NCBI GenBank assembly: GCA_023657425.1
Contig: JAGTJW010000002.1
Span: forward strand, 50,431-114,430
Direction of reading: 5' to 3'
DNA length: 64,000 bases
DNA from: Ideonella sp. WA131b
GTDB lineage: Bacteria; Pseudomonadota; Gammaproteobacteria; Burkholderiales; Burkholderiaceae_C
Positions 54,807-64,000 of the stretch are shown piece after piece. A program made the translations under genes and the position numbers. Position 1 is the stretch's first letter; each line of letters starts with the position of its first letter. Below the pieces are notes generated by a model that was given only the letters and a program-made list of their open reading frames with translations, made no database searches and had not been told where the DNA came from.

Positions 54807-55646
54807 TCAGCCGCGGGTGGCGGCGGCCATCTCCTGCTGGCGGCGGCGTTCGCCGCGCGCAATGAGGTAGCTCGCGAGCACCACGCCCACGGCCACCACG
54901 ACCACGGTCACCGTGGCCACGGCGTTGACGCTGGGATTGAGCCCCAGCCTCGCGCGCGAAAAGATCACCAGCGGCATCGTCGTCGAGCCGGGGCCCGAGA
55001 GGAAGGCCGACAGCACGACGTCGTCGAGGCTGAGCGTGAAGGTCAGCAGCCAGGCCGAGACCAGGCTCTGCGCGATCATGGGCAGCGTGACCAGCCAGAA
55101 CACCTGGTGCGGCTTCGCACCCAGGTCCATGGCGGCTTCTTCGAGCTGGGGGTTGAGGTCTTGCAGCCGGGCCTGCACCACCACGGTGGCGTAGGCCATG
55201 CCCAGCAGCAGGTGCCCGAGCCAGATGGTGAACAGGCCGCGCTCGGGAAAGCCCAGCGCGCGCTGCACGCTGACCATCATGAGCAGCAGGCTCAGGCCCA
55301 CCACCACCTCGGGCATCACCAACGGGGCGCTGACCATGCCGGAGAACAGCGTGCGTCCCTTGAAACGCTTGTACTTGACGAGGGCAAAAGCCGCCAGCGT
55401 GCCCAGCACCACCGAGCCGCAGGCCGTGAGCAGCGCGATCTTGAGACTCAGCCACAGGCCGGAGAGCATCTCCTGGTCGCGCAGCAGGGCCTCGTACCAC
55501 TTGAGCGTGAAACCGCGCCAGACGTTGGGGATGGGCGAGTCGTTGAACGAGAAGACGATCAGCGCAACGATCGGCAGGTACAGGAACAGAAAGCCCGCAG
55601 ACAGCCAGCCCCGGCTGAACCAGCGGTTGAAGTCGGCGGCCCTCAT
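54807..55646 (-). CDS. potI: putrescine ABC transporter permease PotI
   Basis: FLYLPIVALIVFSFN, PLVMPEVVVG, EEAAMDLGA, FTLSLDD. Confidence 0.92.
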   Translation of the reverse strand: MRAADFNRWFSRGWLSAGFLFLYLPIVALIVFSFNDSPIPNVWRGFTLKWYEALLRDQEMLSGLWLSLKIALLTACGSVVLGTLAAFALVKYKRFKGRTLFSGMVSAPLVMPEVVVGLSLLLMMVSVQRALGFPERGLFTIWLGHLLLGMAYATVVVQARLQDLNPQLEEAAMDLGAKPHQVFWLVTLPMIAQSLVSAWLLTFTLSLDDVVLSAFLSGPGSTTMPLVIFSRARLGLNPSVNAVATVTVVVVAVGVVLASYLIARGERRRQQEMAAATRG

Positions 55647-55653
55647 GGTGTGC

Positions 55654-56598
55654 TCACCGCTGCTCGGCCGCCTCGGCCTGGTATTTGTTGAAGATCGCCA
55701 GCGGCACGATGATCAGCAGGATCATCACCACGGCCACGCTCGAGGCCATCGGCCAGTCGTTGTTGCTGAAGAACTCGTCCCAGAGCACGCGGCCGATCAT
55801 CAGCGTCTCGGGGCCGCCGAGCAGCTCGGGGATCACGAACTCGCCGATGCACGGAATGAACACCAGCATGCTGCCGGCGATGATGCCGGCCTTGGACAGC
55901 GGCACGGTGATCTTCCAGAACGCCGTCCACGGGGTGGCGCCGAGGTCGGCCGCGGCCTCCAGCAGGCGCAGATCCATCTTCGCGAGGCTGGCGTACAGCG
56001 GCAGGATCATGAAGGGCAGATAGGTGTAGGTCATGCCCAGCACGAGCGAAAACGGCGTGTGCATGAGGTTGCCGGGCGCGCTGATCATGCCCAGGGCGTA
56101 CAGCACCCGGTCCAGGCCGAGGCCGACGACGAGCTCGGCCACCCAGCCGCCGTCGGTGAGCAGCCCGCGCCAGGCGTACACGCGCAGCAGGAAGCTCGTC
56201 CAGAAGGGCAGCATCACCAGCATCAGCAGCGCCGGCTGCACCGTGCTCTTGGCGCGCGCCATGAAGTAGGCGAAGGGGTAGCCGATGAACAGGCACAGCA
56301 GCGTGGTCGCCCCGGCGTATTGCAGGCTGTTGAGATAGGTCTGCCAGTACAGCGGATCGGCGGCGATGAACTGGTAGCTGCCGAACTTCAGCGAGACCGT
56401 CAACACGCCCTCGGACCAGGTGAGGATGTCCTTGAACGTGACGGTCTCCATCTCGGAGACGCTGATCTTGCCGACGATGAAGAACGGCGCCATGAAGAAC
56501 AGCAGCAGGAACAGGAAGGGCAGCGCGATGACGAGCCCACGCCCACCAAAGGTGCTGATCACCAGGCGCTGGAAGGCGTTCATCGGCGCCGCACCCAT
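55654..56598 (-). CDS. potH: putrescine ABC transporter permease PotH (alternative start 56583)
   Basis: LPFWTSFLLRVYAW, YLPFMILPLY, EAAADLGA, NNDWPMAS. Confidence 0.92.
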   Translation of the reverse strand: MGAAPMNAFQRLVISTFGGRGLVIALPFLFLLLFFMAPFFIVGKISVSEMETVTFKDILTWSEGVLTVSLKFGSYQFIAADPLYWQTYLNSLQYAGATTLLCLFIGYPFAYFMARAKSTVQPALLMLVMLPFWTSFLLRVYAWRGLLTDGGWVAELVVGLGLDRVLYALGMISAPGNLMHTPFSLVLGMTYTYLPFMILPLYASLAKMDLRLLEAAADLGATPWTAFWKITVPLSKAGIIAGSMLVFIPCIGEFVIPELLGGPETLMIGRVLWDEFFSNNDWPMASSVAVVMILLIIVPLAIFNKYQAEAAEQR

Positions 56599-56605
56599 GC
56601 CAGGT

Positions 56606-57724
<1,119 letters not shown>

Positions 57725-57821
57725 GGGTGCGGGCGCGGACGTCGCCGGGCCGCCGCAAGGCGGCCGCCGGCCCCCTCGCGGGGTGGCGAAGGCGCGCAGC
57801 GACAAACCCCGGGGCTCACGG

Positions 57822-58928
57822 TTAGAGACCAGTCTTGAACGAGGTGAAGGTGCGTGTCATCAGGCGCCGCAGGTCGTTGTTGATGGCGTCGGGCGGCACC
57901 ATCTTCGACATGTCTTGCGGGCTGAGGAACACCGTGGGGTTGTTGGCCACCTCGGGCTTGATGTGGCGCCGGCTCTCGGCGTTGGGGTTGGCGTAGAGCA
58001 CCTTGTTGGCGATAGCGGCGTGCACCTCGGGGCGCAGGATGTAGTTGATGAACTTGTGCGCGTTGCCCGGCCTTGGTGCATCGGCCGGGATCACCATGAC
58101 ATCAAAGAACAGCAGGCCACCGGTGCGGGGGATCAGCGTCTGGATGTTCTGGCCGGTCTTGCCGTCGATGGCGCGCTGGCGCGCCTGGCCGATGTCGCCG
58201 CTCCAGCCCAGGGCCACGCAGATGCTGCCGCTGGCCATGTCGTTGATGTAGCCCGAGCTGCTGAACAGCGTGACGTGCGGGCGCACGCTGCGCAGCAGTT
58301 GCGCGGCGGCGGCGTAGTCCGAGGGGTTCTTGCTGAACGACGGCCGGCCCAGGTAGTGCAGGGCGGCGGGCACCACCTCGGTGGCGCTGTCGAGGAAGCT
58401 CACGCCGCAGCTCTTGAGGCGGCTCACGTACTCGGGCTTGAACACCAGGTCCCAGGCGTTGTCGGGCATGGGCAGGTTGCCCAGGGCCGCCTTGACCTTG
58501 TCGACGTTGATGCCCACCGTGGTGTAGCCCCACAGCCAGTTGACCATGAAGTTGTTGCCCGGGTCCATGCGCGCCAACTGGGACTGCACGGCGGGGTCGA
58601 GGTTCTTCAGATTGGGCAGCAGGCTCTTGTCGAGCTGGCGCAGCAGGCCGCCGTCCATCTGCAGCTTGGCCCAGTGGGAGCTCGGGATGACGATGTCGTA
58701 GCCCGTCTTGCCCGCCACCAGCTTGGCGTGGACGATCTCGTTGTTGTCGAAGTTGTCGTAGCGCACCCGGATGCCGGTCTCGCGCTCGAAGTTGCGGATC
58801 GTGTCCTCGGCGATGTAGTCGGACCAGTTGTAGATGTTGAGGACCTTTTCCTCTTCCTGGGCCTGGGCCGGCAGCACGGCCGCGCAGGCCGCGGCGAGGG
58901 TGGCGATCAGGGCGAACTTCGTCTTCAT
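57822..58928 (-). CDS. potF: polyamine ABC transporter substrate-binding protein PotF
   Basis: Signal peptide; LNIYNWSDYI, TGYDIVIPS, WGYTT, GWSGD, FINYILRPEV. Confidence 0.93.
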   Translation of the reverse strand: MKTKFALIATLAAACAAVLPAQAQEEEKVLNIYNWSDYIAEDTIRNFERETGIRVRYDNFDNNEIVHAKLVAGKTGYDIVIPSSHWAKLQMDGGLLRQLDKSLLPNLKNLDPAVQSQLARMDPGNNFMVNWLWGYTTVGINVDKVKAALGNLPMPDNAWDLVFKPEYVSRLKSCGVSFLDSATEVVPAALHYLGRPSFSKNPSDYAAAAQLLRSVRPHVTLFSSSGYINDMASGSICVALGWSGDIGQARQRAIDGKTGQNIQTLIPRTGGLLFFDVMVIPADAPRPGNAHKFINYILRPEVHAAIANKVLYANPNAESRRHIKPEVANNPTVFLSPQDMSKMVPPDAINNDLRRLMTRTFTSFKTGL

Positions 58929-58964
58929 GCGGTCATCCTCCGGACGGTAAGATCAGTCTAGCAA

Positions 58965-60356
58965 TCAGCGGGCCCAGCCCTGCCCCCGGGCTTCCGCCAA
59001 CGTCAGATCGAGGCAACGACGGATCAGCGCCACCATCTCGTCGATCTGCGCACGCGTGATCACCAGGGGCGGGGCAATGATCATGCGGTCGCCGACGGCA
59101 CGCATGATCAGGCCCTCGCGGAAGCAATGGCCTCGGCACACCATGCCGATCTGGACCTCGTCGGGAAAGGCCACGCCGGTGGCCTTGTCCTTGACGAGCA
59201 GCAAAGCCCCCATCAGCCCGCAGGTCTCGGCGTCGCCCACCAGCGGGTGCTCGGCCAGTTCGCGGTACCGCGCGGCAAGGTAGGGCCCGACGTCGTCGTG
59301 CACGTGCTCCACCAGCCGCTGCTCGCGGATGAGCGCGATGTTGGCCAAGGCCACGGCGCAGGCCACCGGGTGGCCGCTGTAGGTGTAGCCGTGATTGAAC
59401 TCGCCGCCGCGCTCGATGAGCGCCTCGGCCACCCGGCTGCCCACCAGCACGCCGCCCAGCGGGATGTAGCCGCTGGTCACGCCCTTGGCGAAGGTCATGA
59501 GGTCGGGCCGGAATCCCAGGGTCTCGCTGCCGAACCAGCGGCCGGTGCGGCCGAAGCCGCAGATGACCTCGTCGCTCACGAGCAGGATGCCGTGCTTGCG
59601 GCAGATGCGCTCGATCTCGGGCCAGTAGGTGGCCGGCGGGATGATCACGCCGCCGGCACCCTGCACGGGCTCGCCGATGAAGGCCGCGACCTTGTGCGCG
59701 CCGATGGCCTCGATGCGCTCTTCGAGCCAGCGCGCGGCCTGCAGGCCGAACGCATCTCGGCTGAGCCCCTGCGGGCGGCCGTGTGCCCACCAGTAAGGCT
59801 GCTCGATGTGCTCGATGCCCGGGATCGGCAACCCGCCCTGTGCGTGCATGCCGGCCATGCCGCCCAGCGAGGCGCCGGCCATCGTGCTGCCATGGTAGGC
59901 GTTGTGGCGGCTGATGATGACCGTGCGCTCGGGCTGCCCCATCACGTCCCAGTAGCGGCGCACCATGCGCACCACGGTGTCGTTGCCCTCGCTGCCGCTG
60001 CCACTGAAGAACACGTGCTGGAAGCCGGGTGCGACCTCGGCCAGCACCTCGGCCAGCTGGATGGCCGGGGGCGTGGCCGTCTGGAAGAAGGCGTTGTAGA
60101 AGGGCAGCTGCTTGAGCTGTGCCGTGGCCGCGTCCACCAGCGCCTGCTGGCCGTAGCCCACGTTCACGCACCACAGGCCGCTCATGGCGTCGAGGATCTT
60201 GTGCCCGTCGCTGTCCCAGAGGTAGATGTTGTCGGCGCGCTCGATGATCCGCGAGCCCTTGCGGGCCAGGCCCTTGAAGTCGGTGAAGGGGTGGAGGAAG
60301 TGCGCCGCGTCGGCGGCCTGCCAGTCCTGCGTGTTGCGTGGAGTGTGGGGTTGCAT
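58965..60356 (-). CDS. spuC: class III aminotransferase (putrescine:pyruvate transaminase SpuC-like)
   Basis: HFLHPFTD, DAMSGLWCVNVGYG, GEPVQGAGG, DEVICGFGRTG, AKGVTSGY. Confidence 0.9.
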   Translation of the reverse strand: MQPHTPRNTQDWQAADAAHFLHPFTDFKGLARKGSRIIERADNIYLWDSDGHKILDAMSGLWCVNVGYGQQALVDAATAQLKQLPFYNAFFQTATPPAIQLAEVLAEVAPGFQHVFFSGSGSEGNDTVVRMVRRYWDVMGQPERTVIISRHNAYHGSTMAGASLGGMAGMHAQGGLPIPGIEHIEQPYWWAHGRPQGLSRDAFGLQAARWLEERIEAIGAHKVAAFIGEPVQGAGGVIIPPATYWPEIERICRKHGILLVSDEVICGFGRTGRWFGSETLGFRPDLMTFAKGVTSGYIPLGGVLVGSRVAEALIERGGEFNHGYTYSGHPVACAVALANIALIREQRLVEHVHDDVGPYLAARYRELAEHPLVGDAETCGLMGALLLVKDKATGVAFPDEVQIGMVCRGHCFREGLIMRAVGDRMIIAPPLVITRAQIDEMVALIRRCLDLTLAEARGQGWAR

Positions 60357-60366
60357 GGCGGGCCTT

Positions 60367-61734
60367 TCAGACGTGAAGGAGCAGGTGCTCCCGCTCCCAA
60401 GGCGAGATCACCTTCATGAACTCGGCGTACTCGATCTCCTTGACCTCGGTGTAGACGGTCACGAACTCGCGGCCCAGCACGGCGGCGAGATCGGCTTCTT
60501 CGCGCAGCAGCATCAGCGCCTCGCCCAGGCTGCGTGGCAGCTGGAAGTCGCCGAGGTAGGCGTCGCCCTTGCACTCGGGCGCCGGCTCGATCTGGTTGAC
60601 GATGCCGAGGTAGCCGCAAGCCAGCGTGGCGGCCAGGGCCACGTAGGGGTTGGCATCGGCGCCGATGACGCGGTTTTCCACGCGCCGGGCCGCCGCGCCC
60701 GCCACCGGGCTGCGGATGCCCACGGTGCGGTTGTCGGTGCCCCACTGGATGTTGATGGGTGCGGCGTTGCTGCGCACGAGGCGCCGGTAGCTGTTGACGT
60801 AGGGCGCGAAGAGGGCCATGGCCGCCGGGATGTACTTCTGCAGCCCGCCGATGTACCAGTAGAACTCCTTGCTGGCCGTGAAGTCGGGGTTGCTGAAGAT
60901 GTTCTCGCCGGTGGCTTTGCTCACCACGCTCTGGTGGATGTGCATGGCGCTGCCGGGCTCGCCGGCGATGGGCTTGGCCATGAAGGTGGCGAACATGTTG
61001 TGACGCAGCGCCGCCTCGCGCACCGTGCGCTTGAAGAGGAACACCTCGTCGGCCAGGCCCAGTGGGTGGGCGTGGAAGAAGTTGATCTCCATCTGCCCGG
61101 CGCCCACCTCGTGGATCAGCGTGTCCACGTTGAGCTCCATCTTCTCGCAGTAGGCGTAGACGTCCTCGAACAGCGGGTCGAACTCGTTGACGGCGTCGAT
61201 GCTGTAGGCCTGGCGGCTGGTCTCGCTGCGGCCGCTGCGGCCCACGGGCGGCTTCAGCGGCACGTCGGGATCGGTGTTGCGGGCGACCAGGTAGAACTCG
61301 AGCTCGGGCGCCACCACCGGCGCCCATCCTTGTGCGTCGTAGAGGTCGCACACGTGGCGCAGCACGCTGCGTGGGGCGAAGGGCACCAGCGAGCCTTCAC
61401 GGTCGTAGCAGTCGTGGATGACCTGCGCGGTGGGGTCGGTGGCCCAGGGCACGATGCGCACCGTGCTCGGGTCGGGGCGCAGGTGCATGTCGCGGTCGGT
61501 GGGCTTGATGACGTCGTAGTACGGACCCTCTTCGGGGAACTCGCCCGTCACGCCCATGGCCACCACCGCCTCGGGCAGGCGCATGCCGCGGTCTTCGGTG
61601 AACTTCTGGCGCGGCAGGATCTTGCCGCGGGCCACGCCGGTGAGGTCGGGCACGAGGCATTCGATCTCGGTGACGCGGTTCTGGTCGAGCCACTGTTCGA
61701 GCTCGGCGAACGTGAAATGGGGTTTGGACGACAT
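60367..61734 (-). CDS. puuA: gamma-glutamylputrescine synthetase (PuuA/SpuI-like)
   Basis: ECLVPDLTGVARGK, APELEFY, HEVGAGQMEIN, GSAMHIHQS, NSYRRL, ENRVIGADANPY. Confidence 0.88.
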   Translation of the reverse strand: MSSKPHFTFAELEQWLDQNRVTEIECLVPDLTGVARGKILPRQKFTEDRGMRLPEAVVAMGVTGEFPEEGPYYDVIKPTDRDMHLRPDPSTVRIVPWATDPTAQVIHDCYDREGSLVPFAPRSVLRHVCDLYDAQGWAPVVAPELEFYLVARNTDPDVPLKPPVGRSGRSETSRQAYSIDAVNEFDPLFEDVYAYCEKMELNVDTLIHEVGAGQMEINFFHAHPLGLADEVFLFKRTVREAALRHNMFATFMAKPIAGEPGSAMHIHQSVVSKATGENIFSNPDFTASKEFYWYIGGLQKYIPAAMALFAPYVNSYRRLVRSNAAPINIQWGTDNRTVGIRSPVAGAAARRVENRVIGADANPYVALAATLACGYLGIVNQIEPAPECKGDAYLGDFQLPRSLGEALMLLREEADLAAVLGREFVTVYTEVKEIEYAEFMKVISPWEREHLLLHV

Positions 61735-61785
61735 GGGGCACCTGGTGGTCGGCGGCGCCGCGGGGCCCAGTGGCGCGGCAGGGGT

Positions 61786-62602
61786 TCAGCGGGCCAGGGT
61801 GGGCTCGCCGCGAGGCAAGGGGCCGCGCACGCGGTCGCGGTACATGTGCACGGCGTCGCCAAAGGCACGCAGGATGCGCATGGACTGCGGGTTGCCGGCG
61901 GCCTGCCACTCGGGGTGCCATTGCACGCACAGGTTGAAGCCGGGCGCGCCCGGCTGCGTGAACGCCTCGACGAAGCCGTCGGGGGCCCGCGCTTCAACGC
62001 GCAGGCCCGGGGCCAGGCGATTCACGCCCTGGCCATGGATGGAGTTGACGGTGAAGCGGCGCTCGGGCAGCAGGCGCGCGAGCAGGCCGCCGGGTTCCAC
62101 GGCCACGTCGTGGGCGGGCGCGTAGACCTCCTCGACCGTCTGGGCCTTCGCCACGCGCGCTGGCGCCGCGGTGGTCGGCCAAGCCCGGCACCTCCTGAAC
62201 GGCCTGGTGCAAAGTGCCGCCGAGCGCCACGTTCACTTCCTGCGCGCCACGGCAGATGGCCAGCAGCGGCAGGCCGCGCGCCAGGGCCAGGCGCGCCAGC
62301 GGCAGGGTCCAGGCATCGCGCTCGGGGTCCAGCGGCAGGCTTTCGTCGTGGACGTCCTCGCCGAAGTGCGTGGGGTGCACGTTGCTGGGCGAGCCCGTGA
62401 GCAGCAGGCCGTGCACCTGGTCGAGCAGGCCCGGCAGCTGCGCTTCGTCGAAAGGCGGCGCGATGAGCGGCAGCGCCCCGGCCAGCCGCACGGCATCGAC
62501 GTACTTGCGGCCCACCGTGTGCGAGGGGTGGCCGGCCAGCACCTTGTTGCAGCTGCTGACCAGCACCAGGGGCGGCGACAGATCGGGGTTGCGGGACGGC
62601 AT
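61786..62602 (-). pseudogene. puuD: gamma-glutamyl-gamma-aminobutyrate hydrolase (peptidase C26), split by a frameshift
   Basis: 5' frame: LLTGSPSNVHP, AICRGAQEVNVALGGTLHQ...DHR. 3' frame: VYAPAH.V, VNSIHGQG, APDGFVEA, VQWHPEW. Frame changes near 62155. Confidence 0.8.
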
Positions 62603-62612
62603 CGCGGATCCT

Positions 62613-63953
62613 TCAGCCGAGCATATCGCGCAGCCGGTACCAGGCCATGCCCAGAACGAGCGCAGGGGTGCGCAGCCAGGCGCCACCCGGAAAGGGCCGG
62701 TGCTGGAGCCGCGCGAAGACATCGAAGCGCGAGCTGTCGCCGCCCATGGCCTCGGCCACCAGGCGCCCGGCCAGGCCCGTGAGCGCCAGGCCATGGCCGC
62801 TGAAGCCTTGCAGGTAGTACACGTTGGCGGGGCCGCCCGGCGTGGCCGGCGGCAGGCGGCCGAAGTCGGGCGCGCGGTTCATCGAGATGTCGACGAAGCC
62901 GCCCCAGGCATACGCCACCTTCGCGCCTGCGAGCTGGGGAAAGGTGTGCACCATGCGCGCACGCAGCGACTCGGCCAGCCGTGCCGGCGTGACGGTGCTG
63001 TAGCTCACGCGGCCGCCGTAGAGCATGCGGTCATCGGGCGTGGTGCGGAAGTAGTCGAGGACGAAGTTGGTGTCGCAGACGGCGCTGCGGTCGGGGATGA
63101 GCGCGTCGGCCGTGGCGCGCGGCAGCACCTCGGTGCAGGCGATGTAGGTGCCGACAGGCATGACCCGGGGTGCGAGCGCAGGCGCCAGCGGAGGCGCCAC
63201 GCCGTGCAGGTAGACGTTGCCGGCCAGCAGCACCTGGCGGGCCTGCAGCGTGCCCGCGCCCTGTGCGCTGGCGGTGCGCAGCACGGGGCGTTCGCCCGGC
63301 ACCAGGGCGGTGGCCTGCGTGCCCTCGTGCAGGCGCACGCCGGCCCGGGCAGCGGCGGCGGCCAGGCCGCGTGTGTACTTCAGCGGGTGCAGGTGGCCCG
63401 AGCGCGGGTCGTGCACGCCGCCGCAGTAGCGCGGGCTGGCGATCCAGCGGCCCATGTCGGCGGCGGCGATGCGCGTCAGGGCGTAGCCGTAGACGCTGTC
63501 GAGCCGATCGGCCTGCGCGTGCAGCGTCGCGGCCTTGCGCGGCGTGGTGGCCACGCCCAGGTAGCCGTCCTGCCAGTCGCAGGCGATGCCGTGCTCGGCG
63601 ATGCGCGCGCGCAGCAGGTCCAGGGCCTCGATGGACATGGCCCACACACGGCGGGCTTCGTCCAGGCCCAGCTGCTGCTCGATCGTGTCCTGGTCGCAGG
63701 CCAGGCCGTGGATGGCCTGGCCGCCGTTGCGACCGCTGGCGCCGAAGCCGATCTCGCGCGCCTCGATCAGAACGACATCGAAGCCCCGCGCGCGCAGATC
63801 CAGCGCCGCGCTCAGGCCCGCGAGGCCGCCGCCCACCACGGCCACGTCGCAGCGGGCTTCGCCGAGCAGCGGCGCAAAGGCCGCAGCCTGCGGCGCCGTG
63901 GCCGCGTAGTACGAGTTGCGCGTGAGGGCCTGGTCGGTGTCCAGCAAAGGCAT
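62613..63953 (-). CDS. puuB: FAD-dependent oxidoreductase (gamma-glutamylputrescine oxidase PuuB-like)
   Basis: SYYAAT, VVGGGLAGLSAA, GASGRNGGQ, GHLHPLKY, QGFSGHG. Confidence 0.9.
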   Translation of the reverse strand: MPLLDTDQALTRNSYYAATAPQAAAFAPLLGEARCDVAVVGGGLAGLSAALDLRARGFDVVLIEAREIGFGASGRNGGQAIHGLACDQDTIEQQLGLDEARRVWAMSIEALDLLRARIAEHGIACDWQDGYLGVATTPRKAATLHAQADRLDSVYGYALTRIAAADMGRWIASPRYCGGVHDPRSGHLHPLKYTRGLAAAAARAGVRLHEGTQATALVPGERPVLRTASAQGAGTLQARQVLLAGNVYLHGVAPPLAPALAPRVMPVGTYIACTEVLPRATADALIPDRSAVCDTNFVLDYFRTTPDDRMLYGGRVSYSTVTPARLAESLRARMVHTFPQLAGAKVAYAWGGFVDISMNRAPDFGRLPPATPGGPANVYYLQGFSGHGLALTGLAGRLVAEAMGGDSSRFDVFARLQHRPFPGGAWLRTPALVLGMAWYRLRDMLG

Positions 63954-64000
63954 GCGGCGGGGCTGCAGTCCTGTGGCGGAGGCTCGTCAGGCAGCGCGGC

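Overview
High-GC betaproteobacterial chromosome segment. Gene content and order (rimP-nusA-infB-rbfA-truB-typA, potFGHI, DUF3138) suggest Burkholderiales, probably Rubrivivax/Ideonella-like; this is an inference. Left to right: a partial DUF3857/transglutaminase-TPR gene, DUF2237, SPFH/NfeD, a basic amino acid decarboxylase, fabI, the nusA-infB operon with typA, a lipid block (WS/DGAT, two alpha/beta hydrolases, Pat acetyltransferase), an accessory module (NhaR-like LysR / terC / small secreted ORF / fused secDF), a ~1860-aa trifunctional propionyl-CoA synthase, an accessory stretch (ECF sigma operon, MCP-cheW, a broken beta-helix-like gene), dusA-mtnP-mtnA-class II aldolase (DHAP-shunt-like), a second MCP, and a large gamma-glutamylation polyamine uptake/catabolism cluster whose puuD carries a frameshift. 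The best lead is an easily missed 130-aa ORF (26988-27380, minus strand). It has a signal peptide and a C-terminal RGPP motif and lies 90 nt upstream of the fused secDF, which is the architecture of a secretion-monitoring ribosome-arrest peptide (SecM/VemP/ApdP type). No rRNA, tRNA, CRISPR array, integrase or transposase was recognised.
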